Below, piece by piece: positions 10,801 to 19,778 of a stretch of DNA of 64,000 bases (position 1 is its first letter; each line of letters begins with the position of its first letter). Position numbers and translations under genes: made by a program. Below the pieces are notes generated by a model. The model worked only from the letters and a program-made list of their open reading frames with translations. It had not been told where the DNA came from and ran no database searches. The stretch is from NCBI GenBank assembly GCA_963662715.1, contig OY759724.1:730662-794661 (forward strand), in the 5' to 3' direction. This stretch comes from Candidatus Omnitrophota bacterium (GTDB taxonomy: Bacteria; Omnitrophota; Gorgyraeia; Zapsychrales; JANLHA01).

Positions 10801-13663
10801 CTGTTGTCAACAGCACCCAGGTATCCGGCCGTTCAGAAACAATCATCAGGCGGGCAACATCCCCTACGGCATAAGTGTCTTTTTCCGGAATGATCTGCAA
10901 ACCTCCATAGCGATAGCCGATATCCTCGCTTCGCGCTCCGCAGACAAAGACCTGCGCCAGGGACTTCACTTCACTCCCGTCCTGATCATAGCCTACAAAT
11001 TCAACGGTGTAATATCCGTCCTGTTCAGGCTGGAAATCAAAAAGCGCTTCACCCTGCTCGTCTGTTTTCACAAAACGCGTAACGATTTCATCCTGGCGAT
11101 AATCCCCCGGCTGAACCACGCGCCCTTGCTCCTTCAGGGGGGTATGCCACCAATTCCGCAAAACGGCGACCCGGCCTTCCACCGAAACCGGGTCATTATT
11201 AGCGGTCAAGACTTTAATATTGACTTCGGCTTTATCTCCGGGACGGTACACATTATGCTTGGGTGTTAAGTAAGCAAAAAAAGAATTGCGCGTGACCTTT
11301 ATATCAGAAGCCGCTGTGATTTCCCTGCGGCTCTGGTCAACGACCCGGACTTCAATGTGATACTTCAGATCATGAGGGGAATTTTCAGGGGACTCAAAAG
11401 AAAAGAACGCCTTTCCCTGTTCATCCGTCTGTACGGCCTCCTTTTTTATCAAAGACCCGTGCCCCCCCCGATAATAGGACTGCTGAGTTTCGGCGTAATA
11501 CCAGGGGTATTTACGGGGAGGAACATAGCTGTGATAGTACGGGGCCGCGTAAATAAGATACTCAACTTCGGCTTTCGCGACCGGGCCGCCGAAATAATAC
11601 TGGGCCTCAATCTCAACCTCAACCTTATCCCCCAGACGGTAAGCCGCGACCCCTTTTTTATCTTCTTGAGGCCTGGGTTTTACGGAAACGAGAAATTCCG
11701 GAAGTTTATATTCCTCAAGCCGGAACAATTTTGCCTGGGCTAAAAGATTACCTTTATCCGTCGTTAGAACTTGCAGCGAATATTCTCCCAGCGTGGCGTT
11801 CTCGTCTAAAACCAAGGTGTCGCAAAAAGAACCGTATTCATTCAACCGGTAAAATTCTTCTTTCACCGTGTTTCCGCGGGCATCATAAATCTTCACTTTG
11901 ATCGGCATGCCCTCCGGGGCCCGGAACGTCTCCTTCTCATATTTCCGCAGCGTCCCTTTGAAAGAAATCTCTTCGCCAGGACGGTACGCCGGCCTGTCGC
12001 TAAACGCATACAGCCACCAGTCCCCCTGATTCTGCTGGCGGGCGTGGAAATACCCCTGGGCAAAAGCCTGCATGGTCCCGTCGGACACACAGGCAAAAAG
12101 GTTATGCTGATGACCGTAATTGCGCTGCTCAGATGTTTTCAGCACAGCTTCCAGGAGGCCTTGTTCATTGGTCTGCCCCTGCCCTTCTTCCCAGACCCAT
12201 TGCCCCTGGGCCGTGTAGTAACGGTAATGATATTTCACGTTCACATTCTGCCGGGGCGCCCCGCTGCTGCTGTCAAAAGCATAGAAAAGAGCCGAATGCC
12301 CGGCCACCTTGGTGACAAGCCCCATGTCCGTCACCAGAATCAAATCATACGCTGTCGCATGGCCTGCCGAGACAAATAATAAGTACGCCCCCGGAGCCAG
12401 AACCCCTTGGGAGAAATCAAACTCTTTCTGGTCATCCGGTTTTAACCACTCGGCAAGTCCTTTTGACTCGCTGTACCACAAATGTTTTCCTTCATTTTTT
12501 AATGTTCTCCTCCAGGAACGCTCTTTCGGGAGGTAGACATACTGCCTGTTTTTGACAAGGCGCTGAATAATATCCGAATAGTTATCCATCCCCCGTTCAC
12601 TGTCTGTTAAAGAACGCGTTGAATCTAACTGCATGTGCTGGGAAAGATCAATTTTATACAATGTAAACATCGCTTCTTGAACATTCCGCCACCCCAAATG
12701 AAACTGGACCTGTGAATCAGGCAAAAACGTATAACTGACCCCCATATTAAGTTTGGGTTCTGTGATATCTTTTATGCGTTGTCTGGCATTATCGACCCAT
12801 TGAGAATCTCCCCGCTGGAAATTCTTTAACAGCCCCTGATAAGCTGCCAGCGCCCCGTTAAAATCATTCCCCCTCTCATAAAACTGGCCAAGCTGATAAT
12901 ACGCATCATCCGCCCACTCCGAATCAGAGAATTCTTCAATGATGGTCTCAAAATTCGTCTGAACGATCTTTTTTTCTTTTTCACCGTAACCCCGGTTGAG
13001 AAAACTCATGGCCAAGGAATAATGCGCTTTAGCTTTATCTTCAGGCAAACGGGCGACTTTAAGTATCTCTTCGTAAAGGACATTTAATCCTTCATTACGT
13101 CCTTCCGGGAGAGACTCCCCGGCGCCGCTGATCCGGGTCGGCTTGATACCCGTATAATACCAACCCCAGTTCTGTGAAATAAAATCCCCTAAAGTAAAAC
13201 TGATGTTAATAAAACGCGGGCGGGCTAATTTAATATCTGTCTGCCCGGCCCAAAACTCCCGGGCCGCGCTTAAATACTGTTTTATATTTTCGGCATGTGA
13301 CCACCGGTCTTTCTTGAGATACAATTCCGCCAGGGACTCACTGGCTTCAGCCCACCAGCGGTCCTGGTTTTTGGATTCAGCCAATTTCTTCAATATTTCC
13401 TCTGCCTGCCGCTCTTGGCCACCCCCTCCGGACCGCCATAAAGAGTCGGCCAGCTTAAAATGAACTTCTCTTTCCAGGTCTTCAGAAACCCCGCCGGATT
13501 TAAGCACCGCCTGGTATTGGGAGGCAGCCATCTGGTAAGATTTCTCAAGCCATAACTGGTCAGCTTGTCCTTTCACAGACTTATCATAGGCTTGCGATGG
13601 GGAAAAACAGTAGCCAAAAAACACCAAAAACGTCGTGATAATGAAAATGCCCCATTTTCTCAT
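7808..13663 (-). CDS. bacterial alpha-2-macroglobulin family protein with intact thioester
   Basis: 1951 aa, signal peptide, MG-domain architecture, thioester motif NYPYGCVEQT (CxEQ) and downstream A2M receptor-binding-like region; N-terminal TPR-like segment as in YfhM-type A2Ms. Confidence 0.88.
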   Translation of the reverse strand: MRKWGIFIITTFLVFFGYCFSPSQAYDKSVKGQADQLWLEKSYQMAASQYQAVLKSGGVSEDLEREVHFKLADSLWRSGGGGQERQAEEILKKLAESKNQDRWWAEASESLAELYLKKDRWSHAENIKQYLSAAREFWAGQTDIKLARPRFINISFTLGDFISQNWGWYYTGIKPTRISGAGESLPEGRNEGLNVLYEEILKVARLPEDKAKAHYSLAMSFLNRGYGEKEKKIVQTNFETIIEEFSDSEWADDAYYQLGQFYERGNDFNGALAAYQGLLKNFQRGDSQWVDNARQRIKDITEPKLNMGVSYTFLPDSQVQFHLGWRNVQEAMFTLYKIDLSQHMQLDSTRSLTDSERGMDNYSDIIQRLVKNRQYVYLPKERSWRRTLKNEGKHLWYSESKGLAEWLKPDDQKEFDFSQGVLAPGAYLLFVSAGHATAYDLILVTDMGLVTKVAGHSALFYAFDSSSGAPRQNVNVKYHYRYYTAQGQWVWEEGQGQTNEQGLLEAVLKTSEQRNYGHQHNLFACVSDGTMQAFAQGYFHARQQNQGDWWLYAFSDRPAYRPGEEISFKGTLRKYEKETFRAPEGMPIKVKIYDARGNTVKEEFYRLNEYGSFCDTLVLDENATLGEYSLQVLTTDKGNLLAQAKLFRLEEYKLPEFLVSVKPRPQEDKKGVAAYRLGDKVEVEIEAQYYFGGPVAKAEVEYLIYAAPYYHSYVPPRKYPWYYAETQQSYYRGGHGSLIKKEAVQTDEQGKAFFSFESPENSPHDLKYHIEVRVVDQSRREITAASDIKVTRNSFFAYLTPKHNVYRPGDKAEVNIKVLTANNDPVSVEGRVAVLRNWWHTPLKEQGRVVQPGDYRQDEIVTRFVKTDEQGEALFDFQPEQDGYYTVEFVGYDQDGSEVKSLAQVFVCGARSEDIGYRYGGLQIIPEKDTYAVGDVARLMIVSERPDTWVLLTTETQEIHNYQLLHLTGPVKLIEVPVQDYFIPNMFFNAVSADHYQLKMYSLPIVVPPEEKFLNVKIIADKESYGPREEGAFEVEVTDHKGQPVVAEVALGMVDKSVFYIQSEYAKDIREFFFGEKRQLSVQTQTSFNQKRYQLLVRDENGQIITEDERFRRSLIKDADKKNEHRLDYSVQVQTLDAASGGMVFGEGVAGELSKEMSDMEVKSSRAVVGKMKGLASPALSAPREEALMEMDEIGAVLGDDAGLATPEVRADFRSTVFWQPVLMTNEDGRAEIKARFPDSLTTWQTTARAMTRGTKIGNITHEVRTNKDVIVRLQAPRFFTERDKVTISANVHNYTDQEQKIKVSLDAKGLQVMDAPEAWVTVPSQGEQRVDWICAAPLAGQADITVMAQAADEADAMKKVYPVIPHGIEKFIAKSLSLKSAGDKEDRAEFVLHVPAERMKESTSLELVMSPSMAAAMLDALPYLANYPYGCVEQTMSRFLPSVIVAKTLHQLGFSRDEVSAYISDVMEPRGDPAYPHMSQHASLQQLNAVTEKAVKRLYEFQHEDGGWGWWKEDDSNRFMTAYVTWGLSLAQQAGIKIEGGVIARAVNFLQKELVEEEDNPDMLAWMLHALAGTRSNSRYEEKQSQRLWDMRDQLNPYTRALFALSEFQRGRLDNARVLARNLVNGMQEDPENGTVHWGESGVNYRWSEGGVEATAFVIKALANIDPQSPHLESAVKWLALNRRGARWKNTRDTAVAILGLADYLKTTLELTPDFDYEVFVNGQSLTKGHVSRANLFTYNRNITVPQEYLKNGSNQVTVAMKGEGALYLSGYLKYFTLEENISPAGNEVFVKRTYSRQSQKETLLKGYKDEWQPLEIGDRLMSGDRVRVEIQLEAKNHYEYLVVEDYKPAGFEATELKSGSGYAVTLDEDEEAQGRQVWLYKEFRDQKAAFFITELPQGKHKITYELRAEIPGDFHGMPNQVHAMYVPEIRANSSEARLSIIDKVDEKED

Positions 13664-13928
13664 AAAGTCCCCCTTTTCAATTTTTTATATAGCATGAATG
13701 ACACTTTTTTAATTTAACGCGGTTCGGAAGGGAAAGTTACAATCATTATCAAAATTTTATCCCTACCACAAATCCCCGTTTCACAGACTGTAAAAATCCA
13801 TATCCTTCTGCTTCACATAATGTTATAGGCCTTAAAAACAGACTTGAGCATAATCCCCCAAAAACAAGTTTGGACAAAAAGGCTGACAGCAAAAATCCGC
13901 TCTTAAAAAAGGCTTATCAAGTCATAAA

Positions 13929-14672
13929 TTAATCTTGGACGCTGGTTCGATGATAAGTATCCATTGTCATGAAAAGCTGCCCAGCCTCTCCTTCTTCACG
14001 CACCAATCGATATGTTCCCGACACTTTTCCCGCTGTCGGGCAACAGTTGGCGTCTTCTTCGTTCCAAACAAAAAATTCAAAAAACAAGCCGTCTGCAAGG
14101 AACCAGGTCTTCGTCCCCTGCCGGATCTCTTCTCCGGGTTTTAAATAAGGGACGTAGGCTTTGGCCGCGGGGACAAAATGAACAGGTCTTAATTTCAAGT
14201 TATCGTGCCAAAAGACTTCGTACACATGCTCTGTTGTCAGGGCGGCTGTTCCTTGCGCCGTTTCGGTTATATGAATGATCTGAACGGGCGATTTTTCCCC
14301 TTTGATTGAGAAAAAAGAAATCTCTGCTTTAAGATCAGTAAAAGGCGTGGTTTTGAACTCATTAAGAAGGGATATTTGACCGTTTTGAAGAGAAAGAATT
14401 TTAACAATTTTATCAGAAGCGGTATGTTCAACCAAAACAGTCACTTTGTGATTCTGTAAACTTTCAGCTGTGCATAAGTGTTCGATTTCCGATTCCCGGA
14501 GGACGTGCTCCGCTGTTTCATAGATAACAAATGACTTGTCAGCATATTCATGACTCGGTTCTTGATCGGCAAAGCCATGACAACAGAAAAAAAACGGTCC
14601 CATGATTAGAATAAAAAGAATTCCCGCCTGATAGCCGCGTTGATCATCTCTTAAATGAAAAATCTGTGACAT
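13929..14672 (-). CDS. hypothetical exported protein
   Basis: 247 aa, N-terminal hydrophobic signal/anchor (GILFILIMGPFFFCCHGFA), no recognisable domain; immediately upstream of the A2M gene on same strand. Confidence 0.45.
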   Translation of the reverse strand: MSQIFHLRDDQRGYQAGILFILIMGPFFFCCHGFADQEPSHEYADKSFVIYETAEHVLRESEIEHLCTAESLQNHKVTVLVEHTASDKIVKILSLQNGQISLLNEFKTTPFTDLKAEISFFSIKGEKSPVQIIHITETAQGTAALTTEHVYEVFWHDNLKLRPVHFVPAAKAYVPYLKPGEEIRQGTKTWFLADGLFFEFFVWNEEDANCCPTAGKVSGTYRLVREEGEAGQLFMTMDTYHRTSVQD

Positions 14673-14778
14673 GTGACATGTATGAAAATATCAGAGTTAT
14701 CCTTGATAATAAAATTATAAGACTGGCGGTAATATTTGCAATATTTATTCCTTAATATCGTATACAGGGCGAGAGGAA

Positions 14779-14814
14779 GGGACAATCTCCCCGCCAGATC
14801 AGAGAGATTGTCCC
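14779..14814. other. perfect 11-bp inverted repeat hairpin (GGGACAATCTC/GAGATTGTCCC, 14-nt loop) in AT-rich spacer
   Basis: Seen directly; no flanking T-run on either strand so not a canonical intrinsic terminator. Confidence 0.4.
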
Positions 14815-15079
14815 TTAGTCAAAGAAAGGAGAAACTGCAGAAATATGAAAGGTTTTTCTAGAAATGGGAACATCTTAAAGTTTTCTCTATTTTTAATGTC
14901 CTGCTGAAAACCACTGTTAGGAAGTCGCTGGCAGATAAAAACTCTTACAAAAAAAACAAATTATTTCCGGCTTTTGTTATTTTTTTATAAATTGTTTTAT
15001 TTCATGTAGATAAAAGTTTATCCGATCAGGAAGGGTACGACTGAAAAGGCAGGGATACTTCTTTAAAAGGCCCGGCTGA

Positions 15080-18000
15080 TTAATTTAAACGGCTCAGGTT
15101 ATCCTGAACATTAGGAAGGAACTTCTCCTGAACATCTGCCTGAGGGAATAACGGACTTAAGGATGCTGCCGTGGAAGGATTCTCCGGGGATTCCGACATA
15201 CCTAAAAATAACGGAATATTTATGGGAGAAATTTGAATAATAACCGGCTGAAAACCTTCAATATTCATACTTTTCACCGGCTGCTGCAGTAAAGGCAACG
15301 GCACACCCTGCCCATCCCGTTTGATCTGCAAATCAAGGGCAGCGGGATTGAAATCAATACCACCAATGTCCTCTATCGCTGCGTTTTCCTCCAGACTTTG
15401 CATAATCGGGGAACTGCGATGTTCCCCATCGCTTCCTTCATCCAGAGGTTGCTGCTTGTCTTCGGGATAACCGGCGGCTAACTGAGTTTTATGCTGATCT
15501 TCGCTCTCAGCGAGTCTTGTCTCTCCTTCCCGCCTTTGCAGGTCCCCCCGCCAAAACTCTTTCAGGCGGTCCCAGCCATCCTTTTCCGCCTTTTCTATAG
15601 CCTCCAGAAGCGGCAAATATAATGTGCGGGAAGCTCTTGTTCTTTGCCCTTCACTTCGTAATTTGTCCTTTATATAATTTTTGGCAAAATCTTTATGCTG
15701 ATCGGATGCCAGCATCGCAAGAATAGCTTCTTTTTCAAGCTTATTGGCCTGAGGCCAATGATGAATCAGGGCGATAATATCTGCAATTCCTCCGTTGAAA
15801 TATGCCTGGGAAAGATAGTACTGCGGTGAATCGGGATTCATAACGATGATCGTTAAAGCGTTGTTGGCCATGATCCTCACCCAATAATCTCTCACAGTGC
15901 CGAAACTCCCGCCAAGATAGTAAGACGGATCGTTATGGGCCGCAATAATCAAACTGGGAATCGTTTCCCGGTGATCAGGGCCCAACTCAATAAAAAACTG
16001 GGCTGCCTTAATGCGCAGTTCAGGGGTATCACCTTGCAGCAAAACCTCGGAGGCCACCTGAGCGGCTTTTACGGTTTCCCCGATACCATAAAGCGCCTCG
16101 GCGGTTTTAACCCCTAATTCAGGATGATCTGCATACCAGTCATACAAGAAAGAGGCCATGGATTTCAGTCCCGGGCCCGCTTCCGCAATAATTTCATAAG
16201 CCCTCTTCTGAACTTCATCTGACCGATGAGTGACGGCTTTCCTCAGGCCGGCCTCAATACTGTTTGCCCCGGCCACAACATCAAGGAACTTTTCATCCGA
16301 AGGAGCCAAGGCCCGGAACATCCCGGCAACGTCACTTTCTTCATAATAACCGAAATCAATCAAGGCTAAAACGAGGCTCCTGCAATTGGCCCCTTTTTTA
16401 AAGTTCCGGAACCGGTTCAAGAGGACCGGCCCCGCTTCGGTAAACCTGGTGACCCGTAAAGCATCATGCAGTTTCTTACGGAGGAAATCGTCATTGTATA
16501 TCCACTTGCTATAAATATTAAAAACATTTGGGCCGACGGCAGCGCCCTGGGAAGCCATATCGGCATAAGCAATGATAATTTCCTCTCCAAAACTACGCCG
16601 CATAAAAGAATCCTGCAGGAATTCGTCCAAAGTCGCTGTAATCTCATCATTAGCCAAACCGATTCTGCCCAATGCCAAAATCATATCACTGTAGTCGCTG
16701 TCATTAATATAGCGCAATCCCGGACGAGGCGCTTTCCAGCTGTCGGCATTATCTTTTAATTTCTCCTTTAACCTCGCGATCAGAAACGGAACAGCTTTTT
16801 GAGCATATTCTTGTTCTCCCATATAGGAAAATGTCAGGGCCGCCCCGAGGGCGATCTCGGGATCAGAGTGATCCAGGGCCTCCTCTAAAACAGGAGAGAC
16901 ATCGGCAGGAGCATAAGACATGAAAACAGTAAAAATTTTGTCAAAGGTGTCCTCATTCGCCCGATAGAGAAAATCTTTGGATATATATTGCCTGAAATGG
17001 TCCTTTTTAGCTTCTTCGCTATAATGGCTCAGCAACTGTGTCATGCTCTGGCTATTCATCCAGCCCTCTCCGCTAATCCGGATACGCAGCTGCATATTTC
17101 CCATAAGCTGCTGAGCAACAGACAAATCCTCTGGCAAGGCCCTGTCCTGCCCCTCAGCCATAAAGGCCCGTCGCTTCTGGCTGTAATAAATAGCGATTTC
17201 GGCAGGCCACTGCGTCTCTGACAACCGCTCGTCAGCCTCAACGTAATAAAGATTATCGGCTTGCTGAGGATTATAAAGGGCCTCCAATATTCCATAAGCT
17301 TCATTACGGACCGCGAAGTTTTCGTCCAATAACGTTATCAGCATCATGTCCGTCAGTTCTTTTTTGTGGTCACTCCTTAAAGAAACCGGGAAATTCAGCC
17401 GGACACGGATAGATTCCAGGGTGATTCTGCGTATATCAGGATCAGGATGTCTTAAGTTACGGTAATCAAAATATGTGTCTTTCTCCGAAGCTTCTTCTGT
17501 GCCGGAGTCTTTTGCTTTTGCTTCAACAGTTCTGCTCTGTATACCGGGTTCTAATGTAATATCAAAGTTTTTCTTCAAATAATCCGCCACTCTTTGATCA
17601 TAATGCACCCGCAGTTTTCTTAACGCCTCACTTTTCATGCCGGTCACGTCGCCGGAAAAAATATGATGCCACAGGGGAATCGCGGCAAAGGGGTCAATGG
17701 TGGCCGAAGCGGAAATAATACTTTTTTTAATTTTAAAAGATTTTACCCTGCCGTAGATTTCTTTTAACAACGGCAAGGATTGGCTCGCACCGCTCCCGAT
17801 CCGTTCCAGAGTGTTGATAGGATCGACAATTTGTCTGACTTCAAAATCCGCCCGCGTAGGGAAAAAAATTCTTTTGGAACGGGTTTCCTTGTCCAGATAT
17901 GCCATCAGGGACGGGACAGATGCTTCACCGATAGCGACTAAAGCGTCGCTTGGGTCATAAACAAGAACCAGATTCGGAGTCGCATAACTGTCATATAAAT

Positions 18001-19741
18001 CAACTAATTGGGGGACCGCCATCTCGGCCTCAGGCCCGATATCCTCAATAACATGCAGAAGGGGCGTCACAACATTCCGCCAGGTGAAGAGCTGGGAAAT
18101 CTCTAAATATTCGAACATCTCCTCAAGAATATCCTGCCTGACAGGACGAATCCGTCCCAATAAATAAATGGCTTTCTCCCTTTCGAAGCGCTCGTTGAAC
18201 CAAGGGCTTAACAATTTGCGTAACTGGGACACAGCCGGTTCTCCGATCTCTTCCAATCGGCGCAGCAAAACCAAATCCTGCAGCCAGTTTTCTCCTTTAA
18301 TCCCCTGAATCAGGTCATTGATCTCCTTTTCCTGGTCAGTATATTTCATCCTCACGATTTGAGTCGTATGAAAAAGCTGTGACTGGAAATCCTGGACAGC
18401 GTTCTGGGGCAGGGCGTCAGGCCCGGAGGAAAACACCCCTAACGCAGATAAAAGGATGGTCAAAGCTCTTTTCAGCCTTCCGGGTTTTGAGAATACATTA
18501 CGGCCGGCATTTTCCACCAGTGCTACCCTCACCCGGCGGTTCTTTCCTTTCTCCGACTCAGGCTGCGTGATCGCCGAACTCACGCGTCCCGGCAGCCGGC
18601 CCGGCTGGCCGCGCAAGACCTCCAGCTTGTCCACCGTCACAACCCCCACGCCCAACCCCCCGGAAAAATATTTCCGCGGTATCACCTGCTGCGTCGCTTC
18701 ATCGTAATCTTCCCGTATATAGTTGTAGACGCCTTGCTTGAACGCGTCCAGATACTGCTGGTATATCTTCTCTTTTATCTCCCTGTCCTCAACATCGATC
18801 CCCTTCACCCTGTTCCGGTCCATGTACACCTGGCCCAATAAACTGTCCCGCAAATTCTTCTTGTACCAGGTCGCCAGGATCATTGAGTTGTAGATCTGCC
18901 GCAAATTCGCGAACGTCTGCCCTTCATTCACTTCCTTCTCTATCGCCGGAAGGATAATATCCTTGACGATCTTTGAGGACAGTTCATTCAGCTCTTTGGC
19001 CTGCCCCTTTGACTGTTTGTGCAACCCCAGGTCTTTGCTCTGCAGATTATGCTCCAAGGCCAGATAATCCTCTTCCAGCATCACCTTCAAGTGCCGTTCC
19101 ACCACAAACGCGCTGCCCGCGTGCTCATAGACAACCGCCTTATCCGGCACGATCCATACCTTATTAAATGTGTTTACCGGGATATTCGTTGTGCCGTACA
19201 GCTCATAGGCCTTTTTATAGACTTTACTCCAGAACGCCTGGCCCAGTTCTTCTTCCGGATACATCAACGAAGCGGTGAGCTGTTTCAGCAGGTAATCCTG
19301 GGAGAGCATGTCCTTGCCCATTTCCGTAACGCCCAACCCTTCCGGGATGATCCGGTTGTTTTCATATGGCGATAAGTTGACCCACAGTTCGTCTTCAGGG
19401 ACCGTCAAAGCCGCCAGGAAATACTTGATCAGCCTCTGTGACTCGGCTTCAAAAGAGGCTCCTTTTAAATCCCTGTCTCCCGTATCAATAATGAAATCAA
19501 ACTGCAGAGGGTTGTCCGGATGGATGGTGAGCCCCCGCAGGATCGCCGGCGCGAATGTCTCGCTGATCGAAAGGATCGTCCCGGGCTGCGGCAGAGAGAA
19601 GACAGCGGCACGCTCTTCTTTGGCCCACCCCGGTGTCGGCATAAGGACGGACGACAATAAAAAGACCGCCGCCATACCCGCCGATAAAAAGCGGCGCGGG
19701 ATTGTTTTCAATTTATGATTTGTCGGCTTATGCCTATTCAT
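15080..19741 (-). CDS. giant secreted HEAT-repeat protein, paralog 1 (shared N-terminal ~380 aa domain + conserved C-terminal ~60 aa domain)
   Basis: 1553 aa; signal peptide (LSAGMAAVFLLSSVLMPTPGWA); N-domain nearly identical to gene at 19779..28091; central PBS-lyase/HEAT-like repeats; C-terminal GGIDFNPAALDLQIKRDGQGVPLPL...GFQPVIIQISPINIPL motif shared with two paralogs. Confidence 0.85.
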   Translation of the reverse strand: MNRHKPTNHKLKTIPRRFLSAGMAAVFLLSSVLMPTPGWAKEERAAVFSLPQPGTILSISETFAPAILRGLTIHPDNPLQFDFIIDTGDRDLKGASFEAESQRLIKYFLAALTVPEDELWVNLSPYENNRIIPEGLGVTEMGKDMLSQDYLLKQLTASLMYPEEELGQAFWSKVYKKAYELYGTTNIPVNTFNKVWIVPDKAVVYEHAGSAFVVERHLKVMLEEDYLALEHNLQSKDLGLHKQSKGQAKELNELSSKIVKDIILPAIEKEVNEGQTFANLRQIYNSMILATWYKKNLRDSLLGQVYMDRNRVKGIDVEDREIKEKIYQQYLDAFKQGVYNYIREDYDEATQQVIPRKYFSGGLGVGVVTVDKLEVLRGQPGRLPGRVSSAITQPESEKGKNRRVRVALVENAGRNVFSKPGRLKRALTILLSALGVFSSGPDALPQNAVQDFQSQLFHTTQIVRMKYTDQEKEINDLIQGIKGENWLQDLVLLRRLEEIGEPAVSQLRKLLSPWFNERFEREKAIYLLGRIRPVRQDILEEMFEYLEISQLFTWRNVVTPLLHVIEDIGPEAEMAVPQLVDLYDSYATPNLVLVYDPSDALVAIGEASVPSLMAYLDKETRSKRIFFPTRADFEVRQIVDPINTLERIGSGASQSLPLLKEIYGRVKSFKIKKSIISASATIDPFAAIPLWHHIFSGDVTGMKSEALRKLRVHYDQRVADYLKKNFDITLEPGIQSRTVEAKAKDSGTEEASEKDTYFDYRNLRHPDPDIRRITLESIRVRLNFPVSLRSDHKKELTDMMLITLLDENFAVRNEAYGILEALYNPQQADNLYYVEADERLSETQWPAEIAIYYSQKRRAFMAEGQDRALPEDLSVAQQLMGNMQLRIRISGEGWMNSQSMTQLLSHYSEEAKKDHFRQYISKDFLYRANEDTFDKIFTVFMSYAPADVSPVLEEALDHSDPEIALGAALTFSYMGEQEYAQKAVPFLIARLKEKLKDNADSWKAPRPGLRYINDSDYSDMILALGRIGLANDEITATLDEFLQDSFMRRSFGEEIIIAYADMASQGAAVGPNVFNIYSKWIYNDDFLRKKLHDALRVTRFTEAGPVLLNRFRNFKKGANCRSLVLALIDFGYYEESDVAGMFRALAPSDEKFLDVVAGANSIEAGLRKAVTHRSDEVQKRAYEIIAEAGPGLKSMASFLYDWYADHPELGVKTAEALYGIGETVKAAQVASEVLLQGDTPELRIKAAQFFIELGPDHRETIPSLIIAAHNDPSYYLGGSFGTVRDYWVRIMANNALTIIVMNPDSPQYYLSQAYFNGGIADIIALIHHWPQANKLEKEAILAMLASDQHKDFAKNYIKDKLRSEGQRTRASRTLYLPLLEAIEKAEKDGWDRLKEFWRGDLQRREGETRLAESEDQHKTQLAAGYPEDKQQPLDEGSDGEHRSSPIMQSLEENAAIEDIGGIDFNPAALDLQIKRDGQGVPLPLLQQPVKSMNIEGFQPVIIQISPINIPLFLGMSESPENPSTAASLSPLFPQADVQEKFLPNVQDNLSRLN
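18545..19697. repeat. direct repeat copy A (~1.15 kb, ~97% identical to 26911..28047) covering 5' coding region of giant paralog 1
   Basis: Visible nucleotide near-identity; identical antisense ORFs in track (18456..18707 vs 26776..27063; 19308..19718 vs 27664..28104). Confidence 0.85.
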
Positions 19742-19778
19742 TTCAATCTGATTCCATGTCTTCCAAAACTAAAATAAC

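Noticed and set aside
12044-12379. + ORFs inside the A2M gene
   Set aside because: Antisense artefacts within a 5.9 kb minus-strand CDS that has a continuous domain architecture.
18456-19718. Several + strand ORFs (18456..18707, 18973..19167, 19019..19375, 19308..19718) and their twins at 26776..28104
   Set aside because: Antisense frames inside the giant genes. They appear twice only because of the 1.15 kb direct repeat.
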